IMG/VR virus record: IMGVR_UViG_3300020048_000043
Location: 1-64,000 of that record
Direction: 5' to 3' (one strand)
Length of the DNA stretch: 64,000 bases
From: an uncultured virus (IMG/VR IMGVR_UViG_3300020048_000043)
Taxonomy: Duplodnaviria; Heunggongvirae; Uroviricota; Caudoviricetes
The first letter of the stretch is position 1, and every line of letters begins with the position of its first letter. Both the position numbers and the translations under genes were made by a program. This document shows positions 30,065-41,424 of this stretch, piece after piece. The notes under the pieces are model-generated. The model was not told the DNA's origin. It saw nothing but the letters and a program-made list of their open reading frames with translations, and did no database searches.

Positions 30065-31096
30065 TTAAACGTTATAGATTGGACAACTTCTATTATTATT
30101 TAGTAGTTTGGCTCTCCATTCTGTTACTTTTGGATTAAACCAAACATCTTCTAGAAAATTATTACAATTTACTACATTTATTCCAACTTTCCATTCACCA
30201 ATATCTTCAGAAAATGAACACGGATAAAAATATCCATGAACATTAATATAGATAGAAAACAATCCGCTTTCACAAGGTTCTGCCATTTGTTCATACTGTT
30301 TAGCATTAGGCTTATCTTTTGTAGCATCAATAAACTTATTCGCACCACAGCTATCAAAACCTATAGCAATATTATTATCAATAGCGTAGTTGATAAGTTC
30401 TTGATACTTAAATAAATCTTTCAATGGAGTCATAGCATTTCCACTCTTAGGTTTATAGAGTAGAAATACAATAGCATTAAGTTTAGACAAACGCTCTTCT
30501 GTTTGTCTAAGTTTGAGTAGACGCATACAATCATCTATGGATTCTTCAGATAGAACTTTATGGATATTTACCTGTGTCATTCCAAGATCTGTAAACTTTT
30601 TAACAGCATTAAAACATAGATCATCATCATAATGACTTACTGCTACTGCTCCACAAAGAGAAGCAATATGTTCAGCGTATGTTTTATCTTCAAACACATT
30701 ATCCAAACGTGCTCCGTTTACTGTAAGATTTGGTACAACACCATTATCTCTACAATGTTTAAACATAGGAATAAGATCTTTATTAGCATCTATATCACCT
30801 ATACCAAAAGCAATCTGTGTAAGGTTTTTTGTTTGATTTAGTTTTTCTAGAAGACGTGTAAACGTATCAATATTCATATTTTCATTATGTGCTGTTCCAT
30901 TTTTATAACACATAGAACAACGTTTTCCAAAAGGTCCAGTACAAATTGTAGATACTTCAATATCAGCAATTTCTGGACCAATGGGAGACATAACAGGATC
31001 ATCATCCATTGTCTTCCCCCATCTAGCAAAGAATCCATTATCCTTATTAAAGATATAGTTATATGTTTCAGACTTATACGTTTTTACATTCTTCAT
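30065..31096 (-). CDS. Radical SAM enzyme with a C-terminal Twitch/SPASM-like domain
   Basis: CTGPFGKRCSMC (CX7CX2C), QIAFGIG, NLTVNG, AVS; C-terminal CESG...YI..HG..YPCSF...CP. Confidence 0.85.
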   Translation of the reverse strand: MKNVKTYKSETYNYIFNKDNGFFARWGKTMDDDPVMSPIGPEIADIEVSTICTGPFGKRCSMCYKNGTAHNENMNIDTFTRLLEKLNQTKNLTQIAFGIGDIDANKDLIPMFKHCRDNGVVPNLTVNGARLDNVFEDKTYAEHIASLCGAVAVSHYDDDLCFNAVKKFTDLGMTQVNIHKVLSEESIDDCMRLLKLRQTEERLSKLNAIVFLLYKPKSGNAMTPLKDLFKYQELINYAIDNNIAIGFDSCGANKFIDATKDKPNAKQYEQMAEPCESGLFSIYINVHGYFYPCSFSEDIGEWKVGINVVNCNNFLEDVWFNPKVTEWRAKLLNNNRSCPIYNV

Positions 31097-31109
31097 AAAA
31101 AAACCTCCT

Positions 31110-31433
31110 CTAGTTTTTAGAATTCAAAATCAAATGAGTCCTACAATTTACATACATAGCAAAATTTACATTCAATTCTCGTATAAGTTCTGTCAACTCT
31201 TTAATATGTTCCTCCGCATATTCCGCAGTATCAAACGCTAGTTCATTCAATGTCTTTAATTTGTATTCTATTTCATTCACTTTTTCAGACATTTGATGTT
31301 TAGAACCTGTTTTAATACATTCAATTGTGTAATTTGTCAAATTAGCAAAATCAATATTTGCTTCAGGTGTGTTGGATACTTCTACTACAATCAATTCTTT
31401 ATCCTTCATAATAATTCCACCTTTCTTTTTCAC
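31110..31433 (-). CDS. Hypothetical protein
   Basis: ORF between the rSAM gene and tag protein 4. Confidence 0.5.
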   Translation of the reverse strand: MKKKGGIIMKDKELIVVEVSNTPEANIDFANLTNYTIECIKTGSKHQMSEKVNEIEYKLKTLNELAFDTAEYAEEHIKELTELIRELNVNFAMYVNCRTHLILNSKN

Positions 31434-31774
31434 CTTAAAATTTTTTTAAGACTCCAACAAAAATTTTCTGTTTCATCATCTTCACAATCACGAAGCATAT
31501 AATCTAAAACCATTCCCATCGCGTTATAATGCTCGTCTCCAAATACACAAATTAATTTTTCTTGAGGTTTCCATACATAGTTATATTCAGATTCTGCTGC
31601 TTCTAGATAATCTTCTACAGTCACCGGATTCCAATAATATCTTTCATTATATTTATCAACCAAATATTTTGTTTCTTCCGCAAATTCTTTCATATTTTTT
31701 GTTTTCATTGACGTATTAGTAATATAGAAAGAACATGAACTACTGTTTGATACCCAACCCATTCTAAGTTTCAT
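31430..31774 (-). CDS. SNSSSSS-tag family protein 4 (Cys variant)
   Basis: MKLRMGWVSNSSSCSF. Confidence 0.75.
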   Translation of the reverse strand: MKLRMGWVSNSSSCSFYITNTSMKTKNMKEFAEETKYLVDKYNERYYWNPVTVEDYLEAAESEYNYVWKPQEKLICVFGDEHYNAMGMVLDYMLRDCEDDETENFCWSLKKILR

Positions 31775-32118
31775 AATAATCAATCCCCCGTGTAAGAAAT
31801 ATATTCAAATTCTCCATTTTCAAACTTCACCCAATATCCACCCCAGGAACCTCTAAAATCACTTTCCATTTCTTCTTTTGAAGCACCTTCTTGATATGTT
31901 CCAATATATTTTTGAGAACTAAGTGTGTAATTTTCTACCCGCACATCATACATCTTCTTTAATATTCCCTTCTGTTTTAAATACAGCACAACCTTCTATT
32001 AGAAAAACATCTTCGACTGATAAAAAAATCATAACATGTGGTGGTGTAATACATTCCACTTTTCTATCTAAACACTCTGGATATCTCTGAAAAAATTGTA
32101 CTACATCTCTACCTGTCA

Positions 32119-32526
32119 TTACACTTTCATCTCCTTTGTATTCACAGCATAATTAGAAAGTTTATCCGCGTTTTTATTTTCTTCTCTAGGTATCCATTTG
32201 AATGTTACTTTCATTCCATTCATAATTTTAAAAACTTCTTCTTTCAATGCTTTGATTCTAGGTTCTTTTGTTTTCCATACACCACTAAGTTGATTTACTA
32301 CAAGAAGAGAATCTCCTCTTACTTCTATTTCTTTTATTTGATAAAATTTTGCTGCTGTAAGAAGTAGAATAATAGAATGATATTCTGCTTCATTGTTTGT
32401 ACCAATACCTAGATATTTATAACCTTTCCATACAAGATTTCCATTGTCTTCATATATTAGCGCACCTGCTCCGGATTCACCTGGATTATTTTTTGAACAT
32501 CCATCAAAATATCCTACATGTGTCAT
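32119..32526 (-). CDS. rnhA: Ribonuclease HI
   Basis: YFDG.SK.NPGESGAG, TNNEAEY, GDSLLVVNQ, WIPREENKNADKL. Confidence 0.92.
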   Translation of the reverse strand: MTHVGYFDGCSKNNPGESGAGALIYEDNGNLVWKGYKYLGIGTNNEAEYHSIILLLTAAKFYQIKEIEVRGDSLLVVNQLSGVWKTKEPRIKALKEEVFKIMNGMKVTFKWIPREENKNADKLSNYAVNTKEMKV

Positions 32527-32829
32527 TTAACAACCACCTAACCTTTCTTGTAGTCTTTCCAATTTTTGTAATTTTACACATTCTACTTTATTTTTAAAAT
32601 CTTCTCCAAACATTTCTTCTAACTGTTCTAACATAATTGTTACATCTGCTGTTTCTTCTATTAAATTGTCTACTGCGTTTTCTCTATCTCTAATATAATG
32701 TGAAATAGATACAATTAATTCAGCGGCTTCTTCCATCATTTGATGTAGTTGTGTTTTTCTTCCCCATTGGTTTATTGCTTTTTGATATATTTCTTTTTTG
32801 TTTATCACTTCGACTTTTTCCTCCTTCAC
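32527..32829 (-). CDS. MazG-like nucleotide pyrophosphohydrolase
   Basis: EEAAEL...EETADV.IMLEQL motif. Confidence 0.7.
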   Translation of the reverse strand: MKEEKVEVINKKEIYQKAINQWGRKTQLHQMMEEAAELIVSISHYIRDRENAVDNLIEETADVTIMLEQLEEMFGEDFKNKVECVKLQKLERLQERLGGC

Positions 32830-33005
32830 GATAAAATTCCATTACTTTTTCGTGTGTTCTTCTTTCAAGTTGTTCAAATTCTTTTGGATTTAATCTAAAC
32901 ATTATCCGCATATAATCTCTATCATCTTGACGTTGAAACCCTATTGTTTTGGATTCTATAAATAATGAGGTTAGTTTCCTAACCTCATTATCACGAAATG
33001 ATCTT

Positions 33006-33449
33006 TTATCTGTTTTCATATTCTTTCAGTTTTTCTCTATTCTCATCGATATAGTTTGATAATGCTTGTTTAACAATAGTATACACATTTTCTTTTTTTG
33101 TTTCTTCTTCTATATCCGCATTAGCAATTTCTTTATAAATATTAAGTAGCTGCTGATGCGATTTCATAAATTTAAAAATATCTGCTACATTTTCTTTTTG
33201 ATCTTTTTCTAATACGTCTATATATGCGTCCAAACTATAAATTATTTTATTCCCAAGATAATATGAATATTGATAACCAAAATTCAATACAGTTAGCAAA
33301 CAAATAATAAATAACCAAATAACAGTTTTATCAATAGGTTCCATGATATACATATATATCGTATTTCCAATCATGATACAACTAAGTATAAATGAGAAAA
33401 TAACAAATCCTTTTGTAGCAAATATTGCTGGTTTCGCATCTTTAAGCAT
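33006..33449 (-). CDS. Membrane protein (two predicted TM segments)
   Basis: Two hydrophobic N-terminal segments. Confidence 0.55.
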   Translation of the reverse strand: MLKDAKPAIFATKGFVIFSFILSCIMIGNTIYMYIMEPIDKTVIWLFIICLLTVLNFGYQYSYYLGNKIIYSLDAYIDVLEKDQKENVADIFKFMKSHQQLLNIYKEIANADIEEETKKENVYTIVKQALSNYIDENREKLKEYENR

Positions 33450-33772
33450 AAACTAATTCCTCCTCGCCTAAGGCAAATAAAATATCTTTTTTAATACTTT
33501 CCATGATAGGAAAATATTTTGGATTTTTAGTATTGTGTCTATTTTTTAAATATACATATGTTTCTTTTACATTATCTAATGGAACATATACAACACAATA
33601 ATCTTTTGATGTTTCATTATCTATTTCATATTCAATATAATTTTTGAATATTAATTTTCTCTTTTTTTCTTCAACAAACCAATAATCTGTATAATTGTTA
33701 AATAGAGAAATGTTATTCAAAAGATTATATAAATATGCTTCGCGTTCTACTATGTTAGGTAACTTTTTAAGT

Positions 33773-34309
33773 TCATTCAATGCTTTCATGCGGTAAACCA
33801 CATTTTATAATTCTATATTTTGCTTCTTTTAAATTTTCTAATGCTATATCCAAAAGTTTATCCAATTCCATCATGCGTTCAAAAGTCAGAATGGAATGTG
33901 TTACAGAATTATTATTTAAAACAACATAAGAATCTTTAAATTTAATATGTACATAATCTTCTTTCATAATAATATTAAAAGAAGAATTTTCTGATATATT
34001 TCTTACTTCGAATTGTTTATGAAAATATGTTGGAGTACATTCATCATCAGAAATATAGTGATACTTTTCTGGAAATCTAGGTTTATATTCTGTGTATCTA
34101 AATCTTATGTCTACCCATTTCAACCAATCCCAACTATAACTACAAGGTCCTTCATTTTCAATAAGTGGATTTGTAGATCCATATGAATCCGCAGCAAATT
34201 GCGATCTATATGGATTAGGTATTTCAATCAAACGAATATAAGATATTTGACTTTTTGGACATTCGTGTATTTTTACCATTCCTAAAAGTTGATCTTTATT
34301 TATTTCCAT
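33773..34309 (-). CDS. Hypothetical protein
   Basis: ORF in the operon. Confidence 0.55.
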   Translation of the reverse strand: MEINKDQLLGMVKIHECPKSQISYIRLIEIPNPYRSQFAADSYGSTNPLIENEGPCSYSWDWLKWVDIRFRYTEYKPRFPEKYHYISDDECTPTYFHKQFEVRNISENSSFNIIMKEDYVHIKFKDSYVVLNNNSVTHSILTFERMMELDKLLDIALENLKEAKYRIIKCGLPHESIE

Positions 34310-34911
34310 ATCTATATGCCTCCGTCAATAGGATATCTGTTTTTTTAAGATTTTCAATTATTTTCAAATACAAAGAATTTCTAATACATTTCGTATCTGT
34401 ATAATCAAAATCTACAGGACATTCAACATCATCTGGTGGATCTGTATAATTTCCTATATCACTATAACCGTGTTTAAGAACAGGACATTCCATACAAAAC
34501 ATATTTGAAAATTCTTCGCATTCAATATATGAGTTGGAACATCTTATCATATACAACACTCCTTAAAGATATGTTTTATGTTGTGTAATACAATTTAATG
34601 GTTTAACATATTTCTTCATCTTTAATATTATAAAAAGAAGGAATATGCGGTTCTATAAACCAATTTGTTTGTTTTGCTAAATACATAATAGGTTCAACTT
34701 CATCTTCAATAAAATTTTTCCATTGTACTTGAAGAAAATAATATATATAACATGTCATAACAATAAATACAGTAACACCAAATATCATATATTCATTCAT
34801 CATTTTCATTTCTCCTTTCTATAAGATACGGTTTTACGTATTTGAATGTAATATACGTATTCAACGTAATATATACTACGACAACAAGTGCTATTTCTAC
34901 AATAGAATTAT

Positions 34912-35373
34912 TCATCGTCCAATTACCTCTATACCACATCTCATAGGAAGTTCTCCTTCTAGAAAATATTGTTTTACACCCAACCATGTAGAAAATCTTA
35001 ATTCTTGACTTGGATAATTAATATTATCACACACTATTGGCTTACGATGATGAAATCCATAATGTCCATTACTAGGTGTAATCCAAAATAATACATCTCC
35101 ATTTTCTATATTACAAATGGAAAAAGAATCATATAAATTTCCATCGAGAGGACAATTGTTTTTAAAGAATACATATGTTTTTTCTATATCAAATAAGTTA
35201 GTTGGAATAAGAGATATAAGTTTTTTACCAAGAAATTGGGTTTTATTTTTTAAAGAAGAATCTTTACAAAACCAATCATACCATCCTGCCTCACATTGGA
35301 TTTCTCTATCAACATAATCAAATTCACCCAATTTAAATTTTTCAACCCATTCTTTAATTGACATATACGGCAT
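34912..35373 (-). CDS. Hypothetical phage protein
   Basis: GWYDWFCKD...YVFFKNNCP..G.LYD; RBS present. Confidence 0.65.
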   Translation of the reverse strand: MPYMSIKEWVEKFKLGEFDYVDREIQCEAGWYDWFCKDSSLKNKTQFLGKKLISLIPTNLFDIEKTYVFFKNNCPLDGNLYDSFSICNIENGDVLFWITPSNGHYGFHHRKPIVCDNINYPSQELRFSTWLGVKQYFLEGELPMRCGIEVIGR

Positions 35374-35398
35374 TGTATTATTCCTCCTTTTAAAATAA

Positions 35399-35431
35399 GG
35401 CGTACAACCCTATTATTTCGGGTTGTACGCC
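35399..35431 (-). terminator. Rho-independent terminator
   Basis: GGCGTACAACCC/GGGTTGTACGCC followed by TTATTTT on the - strand. Confidence 0.75.
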
Positions 35432-35443
35432 ACTTTAATTTAA

Positions 35444-35905
35444 TTACCGTCCTGTGCTACCAAAACCACCTTCACCACGTGCTGTGTCTGAAATTTCGTC
35501 CGTTACGTCCCACACACATTTATAGATTGGAGTAAGAACTAATTGTGCTATTTTATCTCTGCGCTTGTAATGAAAATCTTCATTACTATGATTGATTAAT
35601 ATTACACACATTTCGCCACGATAATCACTGTCAATTGTGCCTGGTGTGTTAAGAACTGTAATTCCTTGTTTCAACGCAAGTCCACTTTTAGGTCTTACTT
35701 GAAATTCTAGAAATGGATCTGGTATTTCTACTTTAAAACCAAGTGGAACTAGATGTCTTTCACCTGCTTTTACAATACCATCTCCTTTAGCAAAAAGATC
35801 CATACCAGAAGATCCATCTGTAGCATATTCTGGAAGAATACCAAGTCTGTCAAGAATTATTTTAACTGAACAACGATAATCAGGACAACGGATTTTTTCA
35901 TACAT
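35444..35905 (-). CDS. dut: Trimeric dUTPase
   Basis: SSGMDL, RPKSGLA, GTIDSDYRGE, IAQL, RGEGGFGSTG. Confidence 0.95.
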   Translation of the reverse strand: MYEKIRCPDYRCSVKIILDRLGILPEYATDGSSGMDLFAKGDGIVKAGERHLVPLGFKVEIPDPFLEFQVRPKSGLALKQGITVLNTPGTIDSDYRGEMCVILINHSNEDFHYKRRDKIAQLVLTPIYKCVWDVTDEISDTARGEGGFGSTGR

Positions 35906-35906
35906 A

Positions 35907-36248
35907 TTATTTTTCCTCCTCAGAAATATAAAGATAACGATCTATGATATCATGAAGATCTTTCATCGAATGTGAGAATCCATTATGCGCACCAATCTTA
36001 ATAATGTTTTGTTCACCCATCTTATATTTTTCTATAAGATATTCATCAAAATCAAAATTGGTCATTGTAGTTGTCGCACATAGATATCCTTTGTAGTAAT
36101 CTATATGCCAACCTTCTTCTTCACCCTTACGCATAATTTCATCCTTATGAAATTTTGCTAGATTAAATTTCCAAAAATTCAATTCAGAAAACTCTACTAT
36201 GAAAGAACAACTGCTGCTGTTTGAAACAAATCCATTTCGACATTTCAA
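35907..36248 (-). CDS. SNSSSSS-tag family protein 5 (Cys variant)
   Basis: MKCRNGFVSNSSSCSF. Confidence 0.75.
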   Translation of the reverse strand: MKCRNGFVSNSSSCSFIVEFSELNFWKFNLAKFHKDEIMRKGEEEGWHIDYYKGYLCATTTMTNFDFDEYLIEKYKMGEQNIIKIGAHNGFSHSMKDLHDIIDRYLYISEEEK

Positions 36249-36261
36249 ATAATATCACCTC

Positions 36262-36621
36262 CTAACAATACACTTCTCCAGATACAATAATAGGTTCACC
36301 CAATTTTTCTTTAACTTTTTGTAAAACAGTATGATTGATTGTATTGTTTTTAAAGTAATTTAAATCATCTATTGTTTCTTCTATTTTACCACTAAGTGGA
36401 AAATACAAATAATATCCTTCATCTTCAATATTATCGGCTTCAAACATATCTGGAATATATTCATCAATAAATCCCAAATGATCATAAATATATTCATATT
36501 CTCGAACCGTCACATGCTCTTTTATTAAAGATAAAAAGTCATCTCTATTATCAAATTTCCAACCAATACCTACAAAAGAAGAACTGCTGCTATTACTTAC
36601 AAATCCATTACGTATTTTCAA
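36262..36621 (-). CDS. SNSSSSS-tag family protein 6
   Basis: MKIRNGFVSNSSSSSFVGIGW. Confidence 0.75.
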   Translation of the reverse strand: MKIRNGFVSNSSSSSFVGIGWKFDNRDDFLSLIKEHVTVREYEYIYDHLGFIDEYIPDMFEADNIEDEGYYLYFPLSGKIEETIDDLNYFKNNTINHTVLQKVKEKLGEPIIVSGEVYC

Positions 36622-36635
36622 TTCTTATTCCTCCC

Positions 36636-37028
36636 TTATCGATCTTCATAAGCAATGACAACGAAATTAGGTTTACCACAATATTTATTAAATATATGAT
36701 ACATATGTTTTGGATTCATACAATTCGCATTAAAAGAAATTATAAGTTCTTTCAATTCTTCAATAGACATACTTTCTGCTAAACTTTCACCGACAGTTAT
36801 TTCATCTGAATAATTTTTATGATAAGCTAAACCTCTCAAATAATTATTTTCTAAAAAGTCATTAAACGTTTCATCTTTTTCATCATATTCATAATGAATA
36901 GAATCCAGATATTCATAAAATTCTTTTAAAAATAGTTTTTCCGCATCTTTATCTAATTCATAATCCCAACCAAAACATATGAAACTACTTGTTGAACTGT
37001 TACTTACAAATCCATTACGTATTTTCAT
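36636..37028 (-). CDS. SNSSSSS-tag family protein 7
   Basis: MKIRNGFVSNSSTSSFICFGW. Confidence 0.75.
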   Translation of the reverse strand: MKIRNGFVSNSSTSSFICFGWDYELDKDAEKLFLKEFYEYLDSIHYEYDEKDETFNDFLENNYLRGLAYHKNYSDEITVGESLAESMSIEELKELIISFNANCMNPKHMYHIFNKYCGKPNFVVIAYEDR

Positions 37029-37043
37029 AATAAATCCCCTTTC

Positions 37044-37430
37044 TTAATCTATAACACGAAATCTACATTCACCGAAAGAATATCTAAAAAGAAAACATAC
37101 ATGCCCTTCAATACTACACGCTTCGTTTATATTAAAAATAATTGTTTGAATATCCTTGGAATACATTTCTTCATTTAATATAATTCCAAAATGATATTCC
37201 TCATCATCTTCTCGAAATAAATCTATTTTTTTAATATTTATACCTGGATAATATTCTGGTGTAAATATTTTATTAATATTTAAAAGCATATTAATAAAAC
37301 TATCTGTTTCATTATATTCTATATTTGCTTTATCATATAATTCCCTAAATTCTTCCATAAATGTGGAATCATTATTTATATTTACAAACGCATCTTGAAT
37401 TTTCCACCCAATATAAATAAAGTTACTCAT
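37044..37430 (-). CDS. Probable tag-less paralog of family proteins 6/7/8
   Basis: Begins MSNFIYIGWK and ends FGEC, echoing the F.xxGW and G(E/K/D)P features of its neighbours. Confidence 0.5.
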   Translation of the reverse strand: MSNFIYIGWKIQDAFVNINNDSTFMEEFRELYDKANIEYNETDSFINMLLNINKIFTPEYYPGINIKKIDLFREDDEEYHFGIILNEEMYSKDIQTIIFNINEACSIEGHVCFLFRYSFGECRFRVID

Positions 37431-37694
37431 AATATAAAATTCCTCCTTAGATTTTTCTATTATATTGTTTCATAGCTTTTCTTACAATTCCATTTTCTAA
37501 ATCTTCTGTAGATATTCCTTTACATTCATTTAGACACGCACACATTCTACGCGCCATTTCTGGATCATCTGTTTCAAAAAGAATCTTATCTTCATCTACA
37601 TCTTTTGCTTCAGATTGTGTGATAAGAATAAAATTATCTTGATTTGTTTTTACTGGTGGATTAAAACCATCAAGATTCAAAATATATCCCTCCT

Positions 37695-38594
37695 TTAGAT
37701 ATGACAATCAACAACAGTTAGATAATAATCTTCTGGAATACTATTATATATTTTTTGATATTCTTCTTTCCAAGTATTATCATCTTTTCCATCTGTTACA
37801 ATAGCCCACCAACCCATTTTACCTTCTTCTATCCATTCCCCATTATACAATATAGCAAATGTTCTATGTTTTTCTATATCAAATTTAAAATCTTTTTTCT
37901 GAACTATATTTTGTCCATCTAAATATTCACCCCATCTTCCACCTACTACCCACCAATCCCATTTTGCGTTTGGATTTGTTCTACGAAAAACACGTAATTC
38001 TATTTCATCCTTATCATCTTTTTGATATTCTGCGTAATAACCTGCTTTTTCTTTTTCTTCTTTTGTCATAACATTATTGATTTCAAAACCATAATAGTCT
38101 TCTACAAAATCTTCAAATGTTAAAAATTCAGAATATGTAGAAAACTTTTTATAATAACCCATTTCAGCAATTTGTCTTTCTGAATACCCTACACGAATAT
38201 GTTTCAATCTTTCTCTTAAATCTGTTTTACCTATAGCATTTATATTAGAAATTCCTTGGCACTCAATATTCTTTTCAATATAAGAAAAGAGATCTTTTTC
38301 GCCTGTTTCTTCCATATACTTTATAGCATCTTCTTTTTCTTTTCTTGTTAAAGTTCTTTTAAACATATCATCATAAATTGGGTGTATTGTATTATTAGTA
38401 GCATTTACAAAACAATCATATCCTTGTGTAGTATATATCCCTTTTGCTTCTTCTGTAATATCAAATGTTTGAACATATTCTTGATATCCCGTACATTCAA
38501 ATTCATGAAAAGGCAATAGAAGTTCACTAATACTAAGTTCATCTTCTGTAGGATCTTTTTCTGTTACAACTAATACAGCAAAATGACTCATCAA
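37695..38594 (-). CDS. Hypothetical phage protein
   Basis: MSHFAVLVV...NPNAKWDWWVVGGRW...VVDCHI. Confidence 0.65.
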   Translation of the reverse strand: MMSHFAVLVVTEKDPTEDELSISELLLPFHEFECTGYQEYVQTFDITEEAKGIYTTQGYDCFVNATNNTIHPIYDDMFKRTLTRKEKEDAIKYMEETGEKDLFSYIEKNIECQGISNINAIGKTDLRERLKHIRVGYSERQIAEMGYYKKFSTYSEFLTFEDFVEDYYGFEINNVMTKEEKEKAGYYAEYQKDDKDEIELRVFRRTNPNAKWDWWVVGGRWGEYLDGQNIVQKKDFKFDIEKHRTFAILYNGEWIEEGKMGWWAIVTDGKDDNTWKEEYQKIYNSIPEDYYLTVVDCHI

Positions 38595-38779
38595 AATTCT
38601 CCTTCCATTTGAATAGCAATATATGGATGCCCTGCGTCAAGAACATCTGTATTTAGCGATACAAACAATCCACCATCTACTTTATAGATTTCATTTTCAA
38701 ATTTAATTGTTACATCTGTATTCAATGCTGAATTTGGAAGCAGATTGAGTTTATCGATAAGGTCGTTCCAAGTCATTAT

Positions 38780-39193
38780 CTAGTCCTCCTCATATTTTTC
38801 TTCTTCTGGAATATATTCTACAATTTCACCATTTTCCATAAGTTTAATAATTTCATCTACATGCGCTTCGTGAATATCGTTAGCTACGTTGTCAACATCA
38901 TATGGTCTATTTTCTGGTGGTATTCCCCAATCTAGTCCTAGACTAATTTGTCTAGTGACATCCGCGTCCCAATATGGTCCTTGTTTTGTTGCTACAAAAA
39001 CCATTGTTTCATAAATTCTATTTGCTCCAATATGTTCAAATCCTTCACTATTAGGACCTATAGACATATTTCCTACAGAAGATACCATAATATTAATATC
39101 ATCTTTTTGAAGAAGAGTATTTCTTCTAAAAAGACAATGTGAAGCACAAATGTAATGTCCAGGCCAACCTCTTTCTGTTCTTTTCACTGTCAT
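38780..39193 (-). CDS. Hypothetical phage protein
   Basis: ERGWPGHYIC..C.FRRNTLL. Confidence 0.6.
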   Translation of the reverse strand: MTVKRTERGWPGHYICASHCLFRRNTLLQKDDINIMVSSVGNMSIGPNSEGFEHIGANRIYETMVFVATKQGPYWDADVTRQISLGLDWGIPPENRPYDVDNVANDIHEAHVDEIIKLMENGEIVEYIPEEEKYEED

Positions 39194-39906
39194 TCAGATT
39201 CCTCCTCAATTATAAAAGATTCTTCTTTTTCTTCTTCAAATGGCCAACATCTTTTCACTAAAACAAATTCAGTGAAATATTTTGAAGGAGTTATATGAAT
39301 TCTAAAAATTGAATCACCATTCACCTTTTTCATTTTTTGAAATGCTTTGTTTTTTGTATTCGCTATTTCTAAAATTTCTAATCCTTCTTTTTCATTTGGA
39401 TTATTAAAAAACCCATGATCTCTATATATGACATATTGTGTTTTATTTCTACTCAATATAAAACCTCCGTTCTAATCAGACAATCTAATTTTTCCATTAT
39501 ATAACATATCTAAACCTGCTTTTTTTGCTGCTTCCTTATCGACATGATAATACAAATATAATGTTCCGTCTTTTTGAATTTTCAAAAAGTCTCCATTAGA
39601 AATAGGTTCGCCTTTTTCATCAACTAATCTTAAACCAATTTCACCATATTGTTCGTAACATTCGATATAAATGGGTTTTTTTTCTGCTCGAGAAAATAGT
39701 TTAGGCATTAGTTTTCCTCCTTTAAATTTTTACAAAAATTTGTTCTTAAAAGATATCCTTTACCAGAATCTTCTAATGGTTCTACTCCATGATTACAATA
39801 ATTTACAACACATCCAAAACCTCTACCTAAAGGTCCCATATAATGACATCCTGTAGAACAACATTCTTCATTTTCAATATGTATTGTAACTTTTAAGAAA
39901 CAGTTT

Positions 39907-40551
39907 TTACAAATCAATTATAGTTCCTCCTATTTTAGTTATATTTTCTATAAGATAAATTTTGAATTTTTCAAATTCATCTGTCAATAAAATTATTTTT
40001 TGAATAAAATTAAGTAAACTTTGTTTATCTATACTAATAGCAGATATCTTTATCTTTGCCATACAATCCGCAAATTCTATAAAACATTGTTTATATTGTT
40101 GATTTTGACCTTTATCTACTCCTATATAACAAACAATAGAAGATGTAAATGGTAACATATTTAAATTATATTTTTTGACAATATGTTTATTATACAATGA
40201 ACATTCTTCTCGATAATTTAAATTTATCACCTCATTATCAATATTATTTTTAATATATGTTTGAAAATTATTTAATTGTTCTATTATTAATGTTAATTTA
40301 ATAATATAATCTGAAATAGATTTATGTGATATTCCATTCGAATGTAAATAAATTTTTGTTTTATTAACTTGTATTTCTATAAAACAAGGATATTTTGTTC
40401 TAAACGATGGATATGATATTTGACTTCTAATATAACACGTTGTATCGAAATTTAAATGAGGTAAAGTTTTATAACTATTATAATGTAAATATATTTCATT
40501 ATTCATATATTTTCCACCTTTCTTTAAAATAATTTGTTTAATTTCTTCCAT
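39907..40551 (-). CDS. Hypothetical protein with an apparent two-fold internal repeat
   Basis: CYI...CFIE...KI occurs twice. Confidence 0.5.
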   Translation of the reverse strand: MEEIKQIILKKGGKYMNNEIYLHYNSYKTLPHLNFDTTCYIRSQISYPSFRTKYPCFIEIQVNKTKIYLHSNGISHKSISDYIIKLTLIIEQLNNFQTYIKNNIDNEVINLNYREECSLYNKHIVKKYNLNMLPFTSSIVCYIGVDKGQNQQYKQCFIEFADCMAKIKISAISIDKQSLLNFIQKIILLTDEFEKFKIYLIENITKIGGTIIDL

Positions 40552-40992
40552 AAATTTTCGATGCTACTATATGAAATAAACACAAACCAATAACAATATA
40601 TGTTGGAATAAATATATAAAACCACGAAGTTATCAATAATAGTTCAAATAATTTTAATCCAATTATAACTATCTGTGTTACCAGAATAGGAATAATTATA
40701 CATATAAGAATAATCAATTTGTAAAGTCCATCAAACATCATTTTTTTTCTCCTCCCATTTTCCAGGACTAAGTGGATGAGTTCCATCACAAAAATATCTA
40801 TGATGGAACTCATCCATTCCACAACACCAACATATTCTTCTATTATTATTTGTAGCACGAATATATTTAGAAAGTTGTTTTAATACTTCTCGTTTATTAA
40901 GGAATGGAGCAGATGTCCATTCCCACATAATATTTGTAAATTCATCTGAATTAATATCTATTGGACATATCGATTGAAGATATTTTTCAAAA

Positions 40993-41424
40993 CTAGACAT
41001 GATCTTGTTCTAAATATACTATTACTTCATTTTTAAATTCATTGAAATTAGGATCTATATTACCATAACTATAGAAGAATTCTACACTCCAATCTTTTGT
41101 TTTGAAATATTCTAACATTTCTTCCTCCTTTTTCCATATAATACTATCATTCAAATGAATTAATAATTCTTCAACATCACCTACATTAGTACACCCTTGT
41201 AACGCATCACAACCGCTACAACTTCCCCAACCAAAAACCAAATATCCATACATGTTATTGTATTTAAACAAATACCAACTATCCCCTTGCCAATCACCGC
41301 TACTTGCTTTACATATAACATCCCCCTCAATACATTCTATTAAATGATCATAATCATAAATCTCAAAATATTCTTGTGCTAACAAATTCTTTTTCAATTC
41401 ATCTAATTTTGTTTTATTGATCAT
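40993..41424 (-). CDS. Hypothetical phage protein
   Basis: DWQGDSW...GYLVFGWGSCSGCD. Confidence 0.6.
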   Translation of the reverse strand: MINKTKLDELKKNLLAQEYFEIYDYDHLIECIEGDVICKASSGDWQGDSWYLFKYNNMYGYLVFGWGSCSGCDALQGCTNVGDVEELLIHLNDSIIWKKEEEMLEYFKTKDWSVEFFYSYGNIDPNFNEFKNEVIVYLEQDHV

